From Acidobacteriaceae bacterium (GTDB lineage Bacteria > Acidobacteriota > Terriglobia > Terriglobales > Acidobacteriaceae): a stretch of 64,000 bases of DNA. Below the pieces are notes generated by a model that saw only the letters and a program-made list of their open reading frames with translations, was not told the DNA's origin and did no database searches. Positions 42,911-50,896 of this stretch are shown piece after piece. Each line of letters opens with the position of its first letter. Position 1 is the stretch's first letter. The stretch spans positions 87,940 to 151,939 of the forward strand of contig CBDIBU010000004.1 of assembly GCA_965277125.1 (NCBI GenBank), in the 5' to 3' direction. The translations under genes and the position numbers were made by a program.

Positions 42911-44455
42911 ATGAGCGCAGCGCAGCAGAGGGTGGAGGGAGGGGAGCCGACGGAGTTGATCGCGGAGCCGTTTGCGTTGAAGCAGCAGGTGGCCGAACGG
43001 CTGGCGCAGCACCGGGCGCGGCGACGGCGCGGCGACGAGGCTGGGGGTAACGCGCGGACGGAGACGACGCACGCCGACGCAGTGGGCTTGGGGAGGCCGG
43101 GCACGGGCCGGTCGGCGGAGATTGCGGCCGCTGTGGCGAAGCGGTATGCGGAGTCGCCGAGCTACCGGGCGGTGCTGGCGTCGGAGTCGGCGCGCTCGGT
43201 GTGCGAGGCGGAGGCGGCGGCCGAGGTCGCGAACATTAATGCGCGTGCGATCGCGCGGGCGCAGCAGCATCTGCTGGCGGAGCTGGGCGACTGGGGCTCG
43301 GAGGCGCCGCCGGTGCACACAGTGCCGATCGGCGGGCCACTGCCGGTGGCCGAGCCGGCGCGGGCGGCGGCGGCGATTCTGCAAGCGCAGCAGGCGCAAA
43401 GGGCGCAGAAGGAACAGTGGGCGCTCGAAGAGAGGTCCTTGCAGGAGCAGGAACAACGGCTGCAACAGGGGTTGGTCCGGGACGCCTCGCGTGGGCCGGC
43501 CTCGCCGGATCGTCTGGCCGAGGAGGCGATGGGGCGTGCGCCGGCGCCGGCGCGGGCCGAGGCGGTGGTGACGGAGGTTTCGCGCGCGGGGCTGACGGTG
43601 CGGCTGATCGAGGAGGTCACACGGCCGGCGTACCATGCGGGGCGGTCGCCGGCACAGCCGGTCGACGACGACCGGGAGACGATGGAACAGGAGTCGATGC
43701 TGCTGGACGAGGAGATTCTGTTCCGCAACGATCCGACGTTTGACGAGACGCGCGGACCGGAGCCGCTTGCCGCGAATCTGATTGAGTTTCCGCGGCAGCT
43801 GGTGGCGGCGCGCAAAGCCCGGCCGCGGCTGGCGGAGGGGCCGCTGTGGGGGGACGGAGCGGAGGCCGACGCGGGGCAGCTGCGCATCTTCGAGGTGGAG
43901 GCGGAGCACATCGCGGTCGCGCCGGCGATCGAGAGCCAGGCGGCGGAGTGGAGCTCGATTCTGCTGTCGGCGCAGCCGGCGACGACGTTCTTCGAGCCGG
44001 TGGACGGGGACTATGCGCCGCTGCTCGTGCCGCAGGCGGCGGCGGTGAGCCGGCGGATGATGGCGGGGGTGATGGACGGCGCGCTGATCACGATAGGGAC
44101 GCTGGCCGGGGTCGCGGTGTTTGTGCTGACCGTGCGCTTTCTGACGCATGAGCCGTTGGCCGTGCCGCGACTGGTGGCGGCGGGGGTGGTGGCGGCGGCG
44201 CTCGCGGTGTCCTGGGCGATCTACCATCTGCTGTTCTTTAGCTTTGCGGACGGCACGCCGGGGATGCGGTATGCGCGGATCGCGCTGTGCACGATGGCGG
44301 ACCAGAACCCGACGCGGGCGGCGATGCGGCGACGGCTGCTGGCGATGGCGCTTTCGGCGACACCCCTGGGGATGGGGTATGTGTGGGCGCTGCTCGATGG
44401 GGATCGGCTGGGCTGGCACGACCGCATCTCGCGGATGTACCAGCGGGCGTATTAG
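42911..44455 (+). CDS. RDD-family membrane protein with long coiled/low-complexity N-terminal region
   Basis: C-terminal TM region with ...DGTPGMRYARIAL... and LLDGDRLGWHDRISRMY is typical of RDD domains. Start chosen at the ATG at 42911; the ORF is open from 42749. Confidence 0.7.
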   Translation: MSAAQQRVEGGEPTELIAEPFALKQQVAERLAQHRARRRRGDEAGGNARTETTHADAVGLGRPGTGRSAEIAAAVAKRYAESPSYRAVLASESARSVCEAEAAAEVANINARAIARAQQHLLAELGDWGSEAPPVHTVPIGGPLPVAEPARAAAAILQAQQAQRAQKEQWALEERSLQEQEQRLQQGLVRDASRGPASPDRLAEEAMGRAPAPARAEAVVTEVSRAGLTVRLIEEVTRPAYHAGRSPAQPVDDDRETMEQESMLLDEEILFRNDPTFDETRGPEPLAANLIEFPRQLVAARKARPRLAEGPLWGDGAEADAGQLRIFEVEAEHIAVAPAIESQAAEWSSILLSAQPATTFFEPVDGDYAPLLVPQAAAVSRRMMAGVMDGALITIGTLAGVAVFVLTVRFLTHEPLAVPRLVAAGVVAAALAVSWAIYHLLFFSFADGTPGMRYARIALCTMADQNPTRAAMRRRLLAMALSATPLGMGYVWALLDGDRLGWHDRISRMYQRAY

Positions 44456-44743
44456 GCCATTCCCGGGGGTACCCTCCACCCCGTACTTTGATCACAGAGT
44501 ATTCCATTCAGGGTAGATAGGTCCGGACTTCGCAGTGGCTTGAGGCGCCGGATGTTGTGTGCCGGCCGGGGTACCCCGCAGCAGCCGCGTGGACCCCCGG
44601 CTCTGCTGATGTGTTTGACGATATGGAACGGAACGCTGCGATTGCGCCAATGATGGCCATCTCCGGGGTGCGGCTTGCGGCAAGGCAACCCGCTGCGGTC
44701 GAGATGATACGGCAGTTGTTGAGTGCAAGGGCAGTTTTCGCGG

Positions 44744-44780
44744 GCAGACGATGAGGCTGTCCGCTTCGGTCGAGATGACA
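44744..44780 (+). repeat. dispersed hairpin module, 5'-truncated copy
   Basis: CAGACGATGAGGCTGTCCGCTTCGGTCGAGATGACA is identical to the 3' two-thirds of the copy at 44843..44900. It is part of a 92-nt direct duplication (GGGCAGTTTTCGCGGGCA at 44729 and 44821). Confidence 0.8.
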
Positions 44781-44842
44781 CGGCAGTTTGTTGAGATGAC
44801 AGGCTGTATACGAGATGGCAGGGCAGTTTTCGCGGGCAAGGC

Positions 44843-44900
44843 AACCGCAGGTCTCTCCACTTCGCGGACGATGAGGCTGTCCGCTTCGGTCGAGATGACA
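44843..44900 (+). repeat. dispersed hairpin module, full copy
   Basis: AACCGCAGGTCTCTCCACTTCGCGGACGATGAGGCTGTCCGCTTCGGTCGAGATGACA. Stem GCGGAC (44864..44869) / GTCCGC (44879..44884) with 9-nt loop GATGAGGCT. Confidence 0.85.
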
Positions 44901-45075
44901 CAGTAGTTATAGGAGGTGACAGGCATCGGCGAGATGACACAGTAGTTATAGGAGGTGACAGGCATCGGCGAGATGACAGCGCAGTTATAGGAGGTGACGA
45001 GATGACTGGGTGGTTATAGGAGGTGACAGGCATCGGTGAGATGACTGGGTGGTTATATGAGAATGACAGGGTGGG
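44892..45075 (+). repeat. ~39-nt tandem repeat array (about 4.5 units)
   Basis: GAGATGACACAGTAGTTATAGGAGGTGACAGGCATCGGC at 44892..44930 and 44931..44969; a 29-nt unit at 44970..44998; variant units at 44999..45037 and 45038..~45075. Confidence 0.9.
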
Positions 45076-46003
45076 AACTGGACGCGATGCGGGGCGGCAG
45101 GGGGCGATTGATCGGGCGCTGCTGTCGCTGGACGGGCTCAGCGTGGGGGATGCGTTTGGGGAGTGCTTCGGCGGGATGCCGGAGGGTGAGGCGCGGGCGG
45201 CGGTTGCGGCGCGGCGGGTGCCGGCGCGGGCGGTCTGGCCGGTGACCGACGATACGCTGATGGCGATCGGCGTGGTGGAGACGCTGGCGCGGTTTGGAGG
45301 GATCGTGGAGCCGCGGCTGGCGGAGGCGTTTGCCCGTCGCTACCATCCGGGGCGCGGCTATGGGACGGCGATGCACGCGTTGCTGCCGCGGTGGAACGCG
45401 ATGGGCACGGAGGGCTGGGCGGACGACGCGAAGGCTCTGTTTGGGGGGCGGGGGTCGTTCGGGAACGGGTCGGCGATGCGGGTGGCGCCGTTGGGGGCGT
45501 ACTTCGCGGATGATCTCGATCGGCTACGGGCGGAGGCGGAGCGATCGGCACGGGTGACGCACTGGAGCGCGGAGGCGGTAGATGGCGCGATCGCGGTGGC
45601 GATAGCGGCGGCGCTGGCGTGGCGGGCGGAGACCGAGAAGGAGCTGCGCCGGCCGGCTGTGTTTCTGGAGACGATCCGGCGGGCGCTGTCCACGGGCGCG
45701 GTGCGCGATGGAGTGGAGCGGGCGCTGGGGCTGCCGGTTGGGTGCTCGCCTGTGGAGGCGGCCGCGGTGCTGGGCAACGGGTCGCGTGTGCGCTGCGCGG
45801 ATACGGCGCCGTTTGTGCTGTGGAGCGTGGCAACGGCGATGGAGCACTACGAGGAGGCTTTGTGGCGGACTGTGAGCGCGGGCGGCGACCGGGACACGAT
45901 GTGCGCGATGGTGGGCGGGGTGGTGGTGCTGAGGACTGGGGCGGACGGGGTGCCGGGGGCGTGGCGACGGCGGCGCGAGGGGCTGGCGGAGTGGATGGGG
46001 TGA
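45041..46003 (+). CDS. ADP-ribosylglycohydrolase family protein
   Basis: IDRALLSLDGLSVGDAFGE (N-terminal GDAxG motif), GRGYGTAM, FGNGSAMRVAPLGAYF and a C-terminal GGDRDTMCAMVGG metal-binding motif. The start is uncertain because the 5' end lies in the repeat array: GTG 45023, ATG 45041 or GTG 45071. Confidence 0.8.
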   Translation: MTGWLYENDRVGTGRDAGRQGAIDRALLSLDGLSVGDAFGECFGGMPEGEARAAVAARRVPARAVWPVTDDTLMAIGVVETLARFGGIVEPRLAEAFARRYHPGRGYGTAMHALLPRWNAMGTEGWADDAKALFGGRGSFGNGSAMRVAPLGAYFADDLDRLRAEAERSARVTHWSAEAVDGAIAVAIAAALAWRAETEKELRRPAVFLETIRRALSTGAVRDGVERALGLPVGCSPVEAAAVLGNGSRVRCADTAPFVLWSVATAMEHYEEALWRTVSAGGDRDTMCAMVGGVVVLRTGADGVPGAWRRRREGLAEWMG

Positions 46004-46068
46004 GACAGGCACCGCAGTTTCCGTTTGCGGAGACGATTCTTGTCGGACAGAGCCTAGCGTAGGCATTC

Positions 46069-46969
46069 CTAGGGATGGGCCCCAATCGTTATCATCACCG
46101 CGTCATCTCGGCTGGTTCTGAGGTTATCGACGCCTCGCCTCCCTTCTTCCATGTCGGGAATTATGCTCACGTTAGGTTGGCCAGGATGCTCTATTCCTGC
46201 TTCGAGCAGAGCTAGGGATAGTATGTTTGCGGATTTTGTGGTCGTTTCGGGGGCGTGCGTGCTTAGAAACAGAGTGACTCCGGGAACACACCCGTCCATT
46301 GTCGAGGCTTTGTCGAGTACCCATCCTGCTCTCTTTAGAGTGCGCAAAAGAACTGCCTGCAAATATTTTGCTTCGCCATCTCCAGTTCCAGATGTGCAGG
46401 GCTGGAAGTCAAATCGCTGCCCCTTGCGCTTTCTTATTCTTGAGACGAACAGCTTGTTAGTTTTGGCGTCATTTAGAAGCGTACCTCTTTGTTGGCTAAA
46501 CTCTTGCGACTCTATTAGGCCCGCGCGACGAAGGGAATTCGCAGCATCCCGCTCAGCTATCTCCGCATTTTCAAGAGCTTTCGCCGCCCTTGCCAAGGCG
46601 CTGGCTCCTTTTCTTTCTGCAGTTGCTGCTCGCTGTTGCGTTTCGCTACTAATTTCCGCATCGAACACTCGCACAATCCCGTCTGCCCGTGAAATGAAGT
46701 ACTCGCTTATGCCTTCACCGATCACACCGGAGACTACCAACAGCAGCCCTAATGTCGCGGCTATGGTTAACCAATCGGATTTCTCGTTCTCGGGGGGATG
46801 GCTGTAGCAGTCGCCCGTCCAAAATCGTCTCCACACCCTTTTTAAAGTCATGTACCACTTCAAACACTTCAAGAATGACTCCAACGGACACCGCAGCGCT
46901 CGACCCGATGAGGCACCAAAAATACACGTCCGCCATCGCGAGGGTTGCCTCGCGGGCTGACCAATTCAT
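46069..46969 (-). pseudogene. AT-rich orphan membrane/coiled-coil protein, apparently split by a +1 frameshift at an A5 run (or two overlapping ORFs)
   Basis: ORF 46715..47062 supplies TM1 (ADVYFWCLIGSSAAVSVGVILEVF). ORF 46069..46884 supplies TM2 (DWLTIAATLGLLLVVSGVIGEG), a coiled coil and a C-terminal domain. The frames switch at TTTAAAAAGG (plus-strand T5 at 46839..46843). Confidence 0.5.
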
Positions 46970-47074
46970 TCTGTCCAGCAAATTCGGGTCGGGTGTTCCT
47001 ACTAAATATTGAGATTGGAAGACGTACGTAATAGTCCAATGCATATTGATAACAATGTTCATTGTGACGGTAAG

Positions 47075-48184
47075 TTACTTGGAGGTCGGGGAGGTAGTGG
47101 AGGGGACACGGGCGGGTGCGGGGAGGTCGGGTTTCATGACGTCGAGGCGTTGGAGGACCTTGCGGGCGAGGCCGGTGAGGGGGTAGGTGGCGAGCTTGCG
47201 GGTGGGGACCCAGTGCAGGGCGCGGCCGGCGACGGGGACGGCGTTGCGCAGGGCGTGGTCTTGGCGGCTTTCGGGGCGGAAGACGCTGACATAGAAGTTG
47301 GTGTTGGTGATGGCGTGGCGGAGGCGGAGGGCGGGCTCGCGCCCGGTGACGGCGTCCTCGGGCAGGGGCGGGAGCTCGAACATGCCGGGCATGAGGGTGG
47401 CTTCGAGGTCGCGTTCTTCGAGCTGGACCTCGGTGACGGTGCCATTTTTGCGGACGTGAAGGAGGTAGGAAGCGGGGCGACTGCGGGTGGGCTGGCGGGG
47501 GAGGGTGGGGTGCTCGCCGCGGGTGCGGCAGAGGGCGAAGACGGGGCAGTGGAGGCAGAGGGGCGCTCGGGGAAGGCAGACGGTTGCGCCGAGCTCCATG
47601 ATGGCCTGGTTGTGGTCGCCGGGGGGGTTGTGGCGGGGGCTGCCGTTGCCGCGGGCGTCGGGGAGGAGCGCGGTGGCGAGGGCCTGGAGGCGGGCGCGGG
47701 CGGCGGCGGAGCGGTCTTCGACGAGACCGGCGACGCGGAGCAGGACGCGCTCGACGTTGCCGTCGACGACGGCGATGCGCTCGCCGAAGGCGATGCTGGC
47801 GATGGCGGCGGCGGTGTAGTCGCCGATGCCGGGGAGGCTGCGGAGCTCGAGGGCGGTGGAGGGGAGGACGCCGCCGCGCTCTTCGACGAGGAACTTGGCG
47901 GCGCGGTGGAGCATGCGGGCGCGGCGATAGTAGCCGAGGCCGGACCAGAGGGCGAGGACGTCAGCCTCGGTGGCGAGGGCGAGGCTGACGACGGTGGGGA
48001 AGCAGCGGAGAAAGGCGGTGTAGTGCTCGACGACGGCGGCGACGCGGGTCTGCTGGAGCATGATTTCGGAGACCCAGGTGCGGTAGGGATCGTGGATGCC
48101 GCGCCAGGGCAGGACGCGAGCGTGCTCGCGATACCAGTGGTGCAGGCTGCTGCGAAAGGCTCGGTTGCGTTCGCTCTCGACCAT
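47075..48184 (-). CDS. mutY: A/G-specific adenine glycosylase MutY
   Basis: LPWRGIHDPYRTWVSEIMLQQTRV, GLGYYRRAR, LPGIGDYTAAAI (HhH-GPD), the 4Fe-4S cluster CLPRAPLCLHCPVFALC and a NUDIX-like C-terminal domain. Trimmed to the ATG at 48184 because the upstream ORF part is repeat sequence. Confidence 0.9.
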   Translation of the reverse strand: MVESERNRAFRSSLHHWYREHARVLPWRGIHDPYRTWVSEIMLQQTRVAAVVEHYTAFLRCFPTVVSLALATEADVLALWSGLGYYRRARMLHRAAKFLVEERGGVLPSTALELRSLPGIGDYTAAAIASIAFGERIAVVDGNVERVLLRVAGLVEDRSAAARARLQALATALLPDARGNGSPRHNPPGDHNQAIMELGATVCLPRAPLCLHCPVFALCRTRGEHPTLPRQPTRSRPASYLLHVRKNGTVTEVQLEERDLEATLMPGMFELPPLPEDAVTGREPALRLRHAITNTNFYVSVFRPESRQDHALRNAVPVAGRALHWVPTRKLATYPLTGLARKVLQRLDVMKPDLPAPARVPSTTSPTSK

Positions 48185-48322
48185 GCCGTGTGCTGGAGAT
48201 TTTACGCGCGGGCGGGTGGATGGTGGGTGAATGGATGGCTGATTGGAGCGGTTTCTGTTTTGCGGCGGACCACATCTCAAGGCGCGAGATGAGCCACTCG
48301 GCGGGATTGCGGGGCCGAAGCG

Positions 48323-48385
48323 AACCGCAGGTTTCTCCACTGCGCACGCACGATGAAGCTGTGCGTTCTCCGGTCGAAATGACAC
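48323..48385 (+). repeat. dispersed hairpin module, full copy
   Basis: AACCGCAGGTTTCTCCACTGCGCACGCACGATGAAGCTGTGCGTTCTCCGGTCGAAATGACAC. Stem ACGCAC (48346..48351) / GTGCGT (48361..48366), loop GATGAAGCT. Confidence 0.85.
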
Positions 48386-48512
48386 CCCTATGGGGGGCGG
48401 AATGAAACCCTTATGGAGTCGAAATGACTGGGGTCGAAAATGACAGCCTATGAGGCCTAAATGACTGGGGTCGGAATGACACCGCTATGAGGTCGAATGA
48501 CTGGGGTCTGAG
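48374..48512 (+). repeat. tandem array of alternating long/short CGAnATGAC units (~37-nt period)
   Basis: TCGAAATGACACCCCTATGGGG.., GGAATGAAACCCTTATGGAG, TCGAAATGACTGGGG, TCGAAAATGACAGCCTATGAGGCC, TAAATGACTGGGG, TCGGAATGACACCGCTATGAGG, TCGAATGACTGGGG. Confidence 0.85.
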
Positions 48513-49482
48513 GGGTAAGGGCTTCGCGACGGGTGGCGGGGTCGCGGACGATGGGACGGCCTCTGGGATCGAGCGCGAGGCGGGCGGCGGGCAGGGCGTG
48601 GTCGTGAGGGAAGAGCACGAGCCAGTCTTCGGGGATGGCGCGGGCGAGAAAGCGGTGGCGCTCCTCGATGACGCGGAGGGGGTCGAGATCAAAGCCCATG
48701 CACCAGGTGGGCTGGAGGTGGGCGGAGGTGGGGATGAGGTCGCCGATGAAGCAGGCATGGCGAGTGGCGCCGCCTGGGGCGCGGCTTTCGAGGTGCACGG
48801 CGAGCATGTGGGCGGTGTGGCCGGGGAAGAGTTCGAGGCGGATGCCGGGGCAGATCTCGGGCGAGCGGCGGATGTCGTCGTCGGTGAGTGCGGTGAGCTG
48901 GCCGGAGCGCACGAGCGGATCGTAGTTGTCGGTGAGGTAGCTGACGCGGTCGCGTTCGAGTTGGCGATGGGCGTGGGCGAGCTCGCCGGCGGCGACGATG
49001 TGGCGGGCGTTGGGGAAGGTGGGGCGGACCTGCCCGTCGGGGTGGAGGGTGGTGTTCCAGCCGCAGTGGTCGAAGTGGAGGTGGGTGTTGATGACGAGGC
49101 TGATGTCTTCGGGGCGGAGGCCGGCGGCGGCGAGGGAAGCGGGCAGGCGCTGCTGATTTTCGAAGATCTCCTGGAGTTTGGGGGCGAGCTTGTTGCCGAT
49201 GCCGGTTTCGATGAGGACGGTGTGATGGGGGGTTCGGACGACGGCGCAGTTAGTGCCGAGCAGGATGCGGTTCTGGTCGTCGGCGGGGGCGCGCTGCTGC
49301 CAGAGGGTTTTGGGGACGACACCGAACATGGCGCCGCCGTCGAGGCGGAAGGAGCCGTCGGTGCAGTGGAGGATTTCGAGGTCGCCGAGGCTGGTGCGAC
49401 CGCGCAGGAGGGGGTCGGGGTCGGCTGGGGCAGTGGGGGCGGGCGAGGCGTCGAGCGGCGGAGGCATGGCTCTGAGCAGCAT
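48457..49482 (-). CDS. MBL-fold metallo-hydrolase
   Basis: INTHLHFDHCGWN (HxHxDH motif), later FPGHTAHM and ...GDLIP. Start at ATG 49482 or 49467; the ORF is open to 49584. The last ~18 codons (…PQTPVIRPHSGVIPTPVI) are read from the repeat array. Confidence 0.8.
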   Translation of the reverse strand: MLLRAMPPPLDASPAPTAPADPDPLLRGRTSLGDLEILHCTDGSFRLDGGAMFGVVPKTLWQQRAPADDQNRILLGTNCAVVRTPHHTVLIETGIGNKLAPKLQEIFENQQRLPASLAAAGLRPEDISLVINTHLHFDHCGWNTTLHPDGQVRPTFPNARHIVAAGELAHAHRQLERDRVSYLTDNYDPLVRSGQLTALTDDDIRRSPEICPGIRLELFPGHTAHMLAVHLESRAPGGATRHACFIGDLIPTSAHLQPTWCMGFDLDPLRVIEERHRFLARAIPEDWLVLFPHDHALPAARLALDPRGRPIVRDPATRREALTPQTPVIRPHSGVIPTPVI

Positions 49483-49552
49483 AGCGCGCGCGGCTGCCCC
49501 GAGGCCCGAGGGGACGGGCGGAGCGTGCCGCGCGGAGCTGGCGTGTGGGGGG

Positions 49553-49933
49553 CTAGCCGCCGGGGCGGGCGCCGGCGCCGGCAAAGGCAGGCTCTGGCGC
49601 GACAGCGGCGGAGATCATGGCATTTCGGCCCTGCCGCTGGAAGCACTCGCGGCAGAGCACAGGTCGGCCCTGGGTGGGTTTGAAGGGGACGGTGGTGTCG
49701 ACCTTGCAGGCCGAGCAGGTGGTTCGGGTCTCGGTGCGCAAGAGGCCGGCGGGGGCCGGGCCGCAACCGACGGCGGTTGCGGTGGAGACGGTGGCGCGCT
49801 GGCCCTTGCAGGGCTTGCAGCGCTTGGGGTCGTTTTTGAATTGTTTGTCGAAGAAGAAGAGCTGTTCGCCGGCGGTGAAGATGAACTCCCGGCCGCAGTC
49901 GGCACAGACAAGGATGCGATCGCTGAATGGCAT
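49553..49933 (-). CDS. zinc-ribbon domain protein (two CxxC pairs, probable nucleic-acid binding)
   Basis: MPFSDRILVCADCGREFIFTAGEQLFFFDKQFKNDPKRCKPCK ... CSACKVDTTVPFKPTQGRPVLCRECFQ. This duplicated CxxC...FxFxxxEQ / VPFxPxxxRPVxCxxCF pattern belongs to a widespread small zinc-ribbon family. Confidence 0.8.
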   Translation of the reverse strand: MPFSDRILVCADCGREFIFTAGEQLFFFDKQFKNDPKRCKPCKGQRATVSTATAVGCGPAPAGLLRTETRTTCSACKVDTTVPFKPTQGRPVLCRECFQRQGRNAMISAAVAPEPAFAGAGARPGG

Positions 49934-50164
49934 AAGGCACTCCCACTTGCGAAAAAGCAGGGCCCGGTGGAGCGGTTGCCAGCGGAGATGCGGGCTGGCG
50001 CCGGGTGGTCGCAGGGGAGGAGGGACGACCGATCGGCGGGTTGGTTTGGAGAAGCCGCCCTGAAGATGAGCTTCGGGGCGGCTTCTGTGGTCTTTACTAG
50101 GTAATGCGTAAAGCGCGGAGCAAAGGTGACACCGATTTGTTTTTTAATTCGGACTCGGTGCGGC

Positions 50165-50362
50165 TTAGTCCTGTTCCTTGCGAATCTTCTTGCGATTACG
50201 CTTGCGTGCCAAGGCTTCCTTGACGCGACGCTTCTCACCTGGCTTCAGGTAGAAGGAGTGGCGCTTGACTTCCTTGATGATGTCTTCGGTCTGCACCTTG
50301 CGTTTGAAGCGGCGGAGCGCGTTTTCAAGCGGCTCGCCTTCCTGCACTCGAACCTCTGCCAA
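50165..50362 (-). CDS. rpsU: 30S ribosomal protein S21 (bS21)
   Basis: MAEVRVQEGEPLENALRRFKRKVQTEDIIKEVKRHSFYLKPGEKRR, the canonical S21 sequence. Confidence 0.95.
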   Translation of the reverse strand: MAEVRVQEGEPLENALRRFKRKVQTEDIIKEVKRHSFYLKPGEKRRVKEALARKRNRKKIRKEQD

Positions 50363-50896
50363 TGGAAATACACCTCCAAGCTACCCATGCAGGGACAGAT
50401 GGTAGGGTACAGCGGATGCGGTATCGAAAGATAGGAGAAAGCGCTGGATTTCGACCATGTTTTAGGAAGCGCGCTACCGTTGGAGTAGGCATGGATTTGC
50501 AGGTCGGACAACCAATCTGCCCGAAGGAGCTACCAGGGATAGGGTTGCCGGGCTTTACGCGGCAGAGTCTTTCTGGAAGGGGCGTAACGGACGGCGCTGA
50601 TTTTTAGCGCTGGATGGTGCTGCAGCACCTCATCCGTGCCCTGGACGCGAGCACCTGATGGGAAGCAGATTGGCAGCTGCCGTGTCGTGAAATTTACCTG
50701 CGCGCTGGCCGGCGGTTAGCGAACGGATTGAACTTCCTTTCCTGGACTTCAATTGTACGAACAATTCGCGTAATTAATTCCGTATTATGAATAAATAATT
50801 TGCACAACGTTCTGCCCATTGCACCCTCTATTACTAAAGTACTGCGATACTCCGTCTGGCGGCGAACGAGAACAACTGACGCTTTCGGGAGAAGAC

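Noticed and set aside
44452-45033. Minus-strand ORFs (193 and 157 aa) with repeated PVTSYN.. / SPPITTVSSR segments.
   Set aside because: They are simply translations of the 39-nt tandem array and hairpin modules. Their periodic sequence mirrors the DNA repeat, and there is no start context or protein-like domain.
44892-45075. Possible CRISPR array.
   Set aside because: The repeat units are directly contiguous with no unique spacers, unit length varies (29-39 nt), and no cas genes or leader are nearby.
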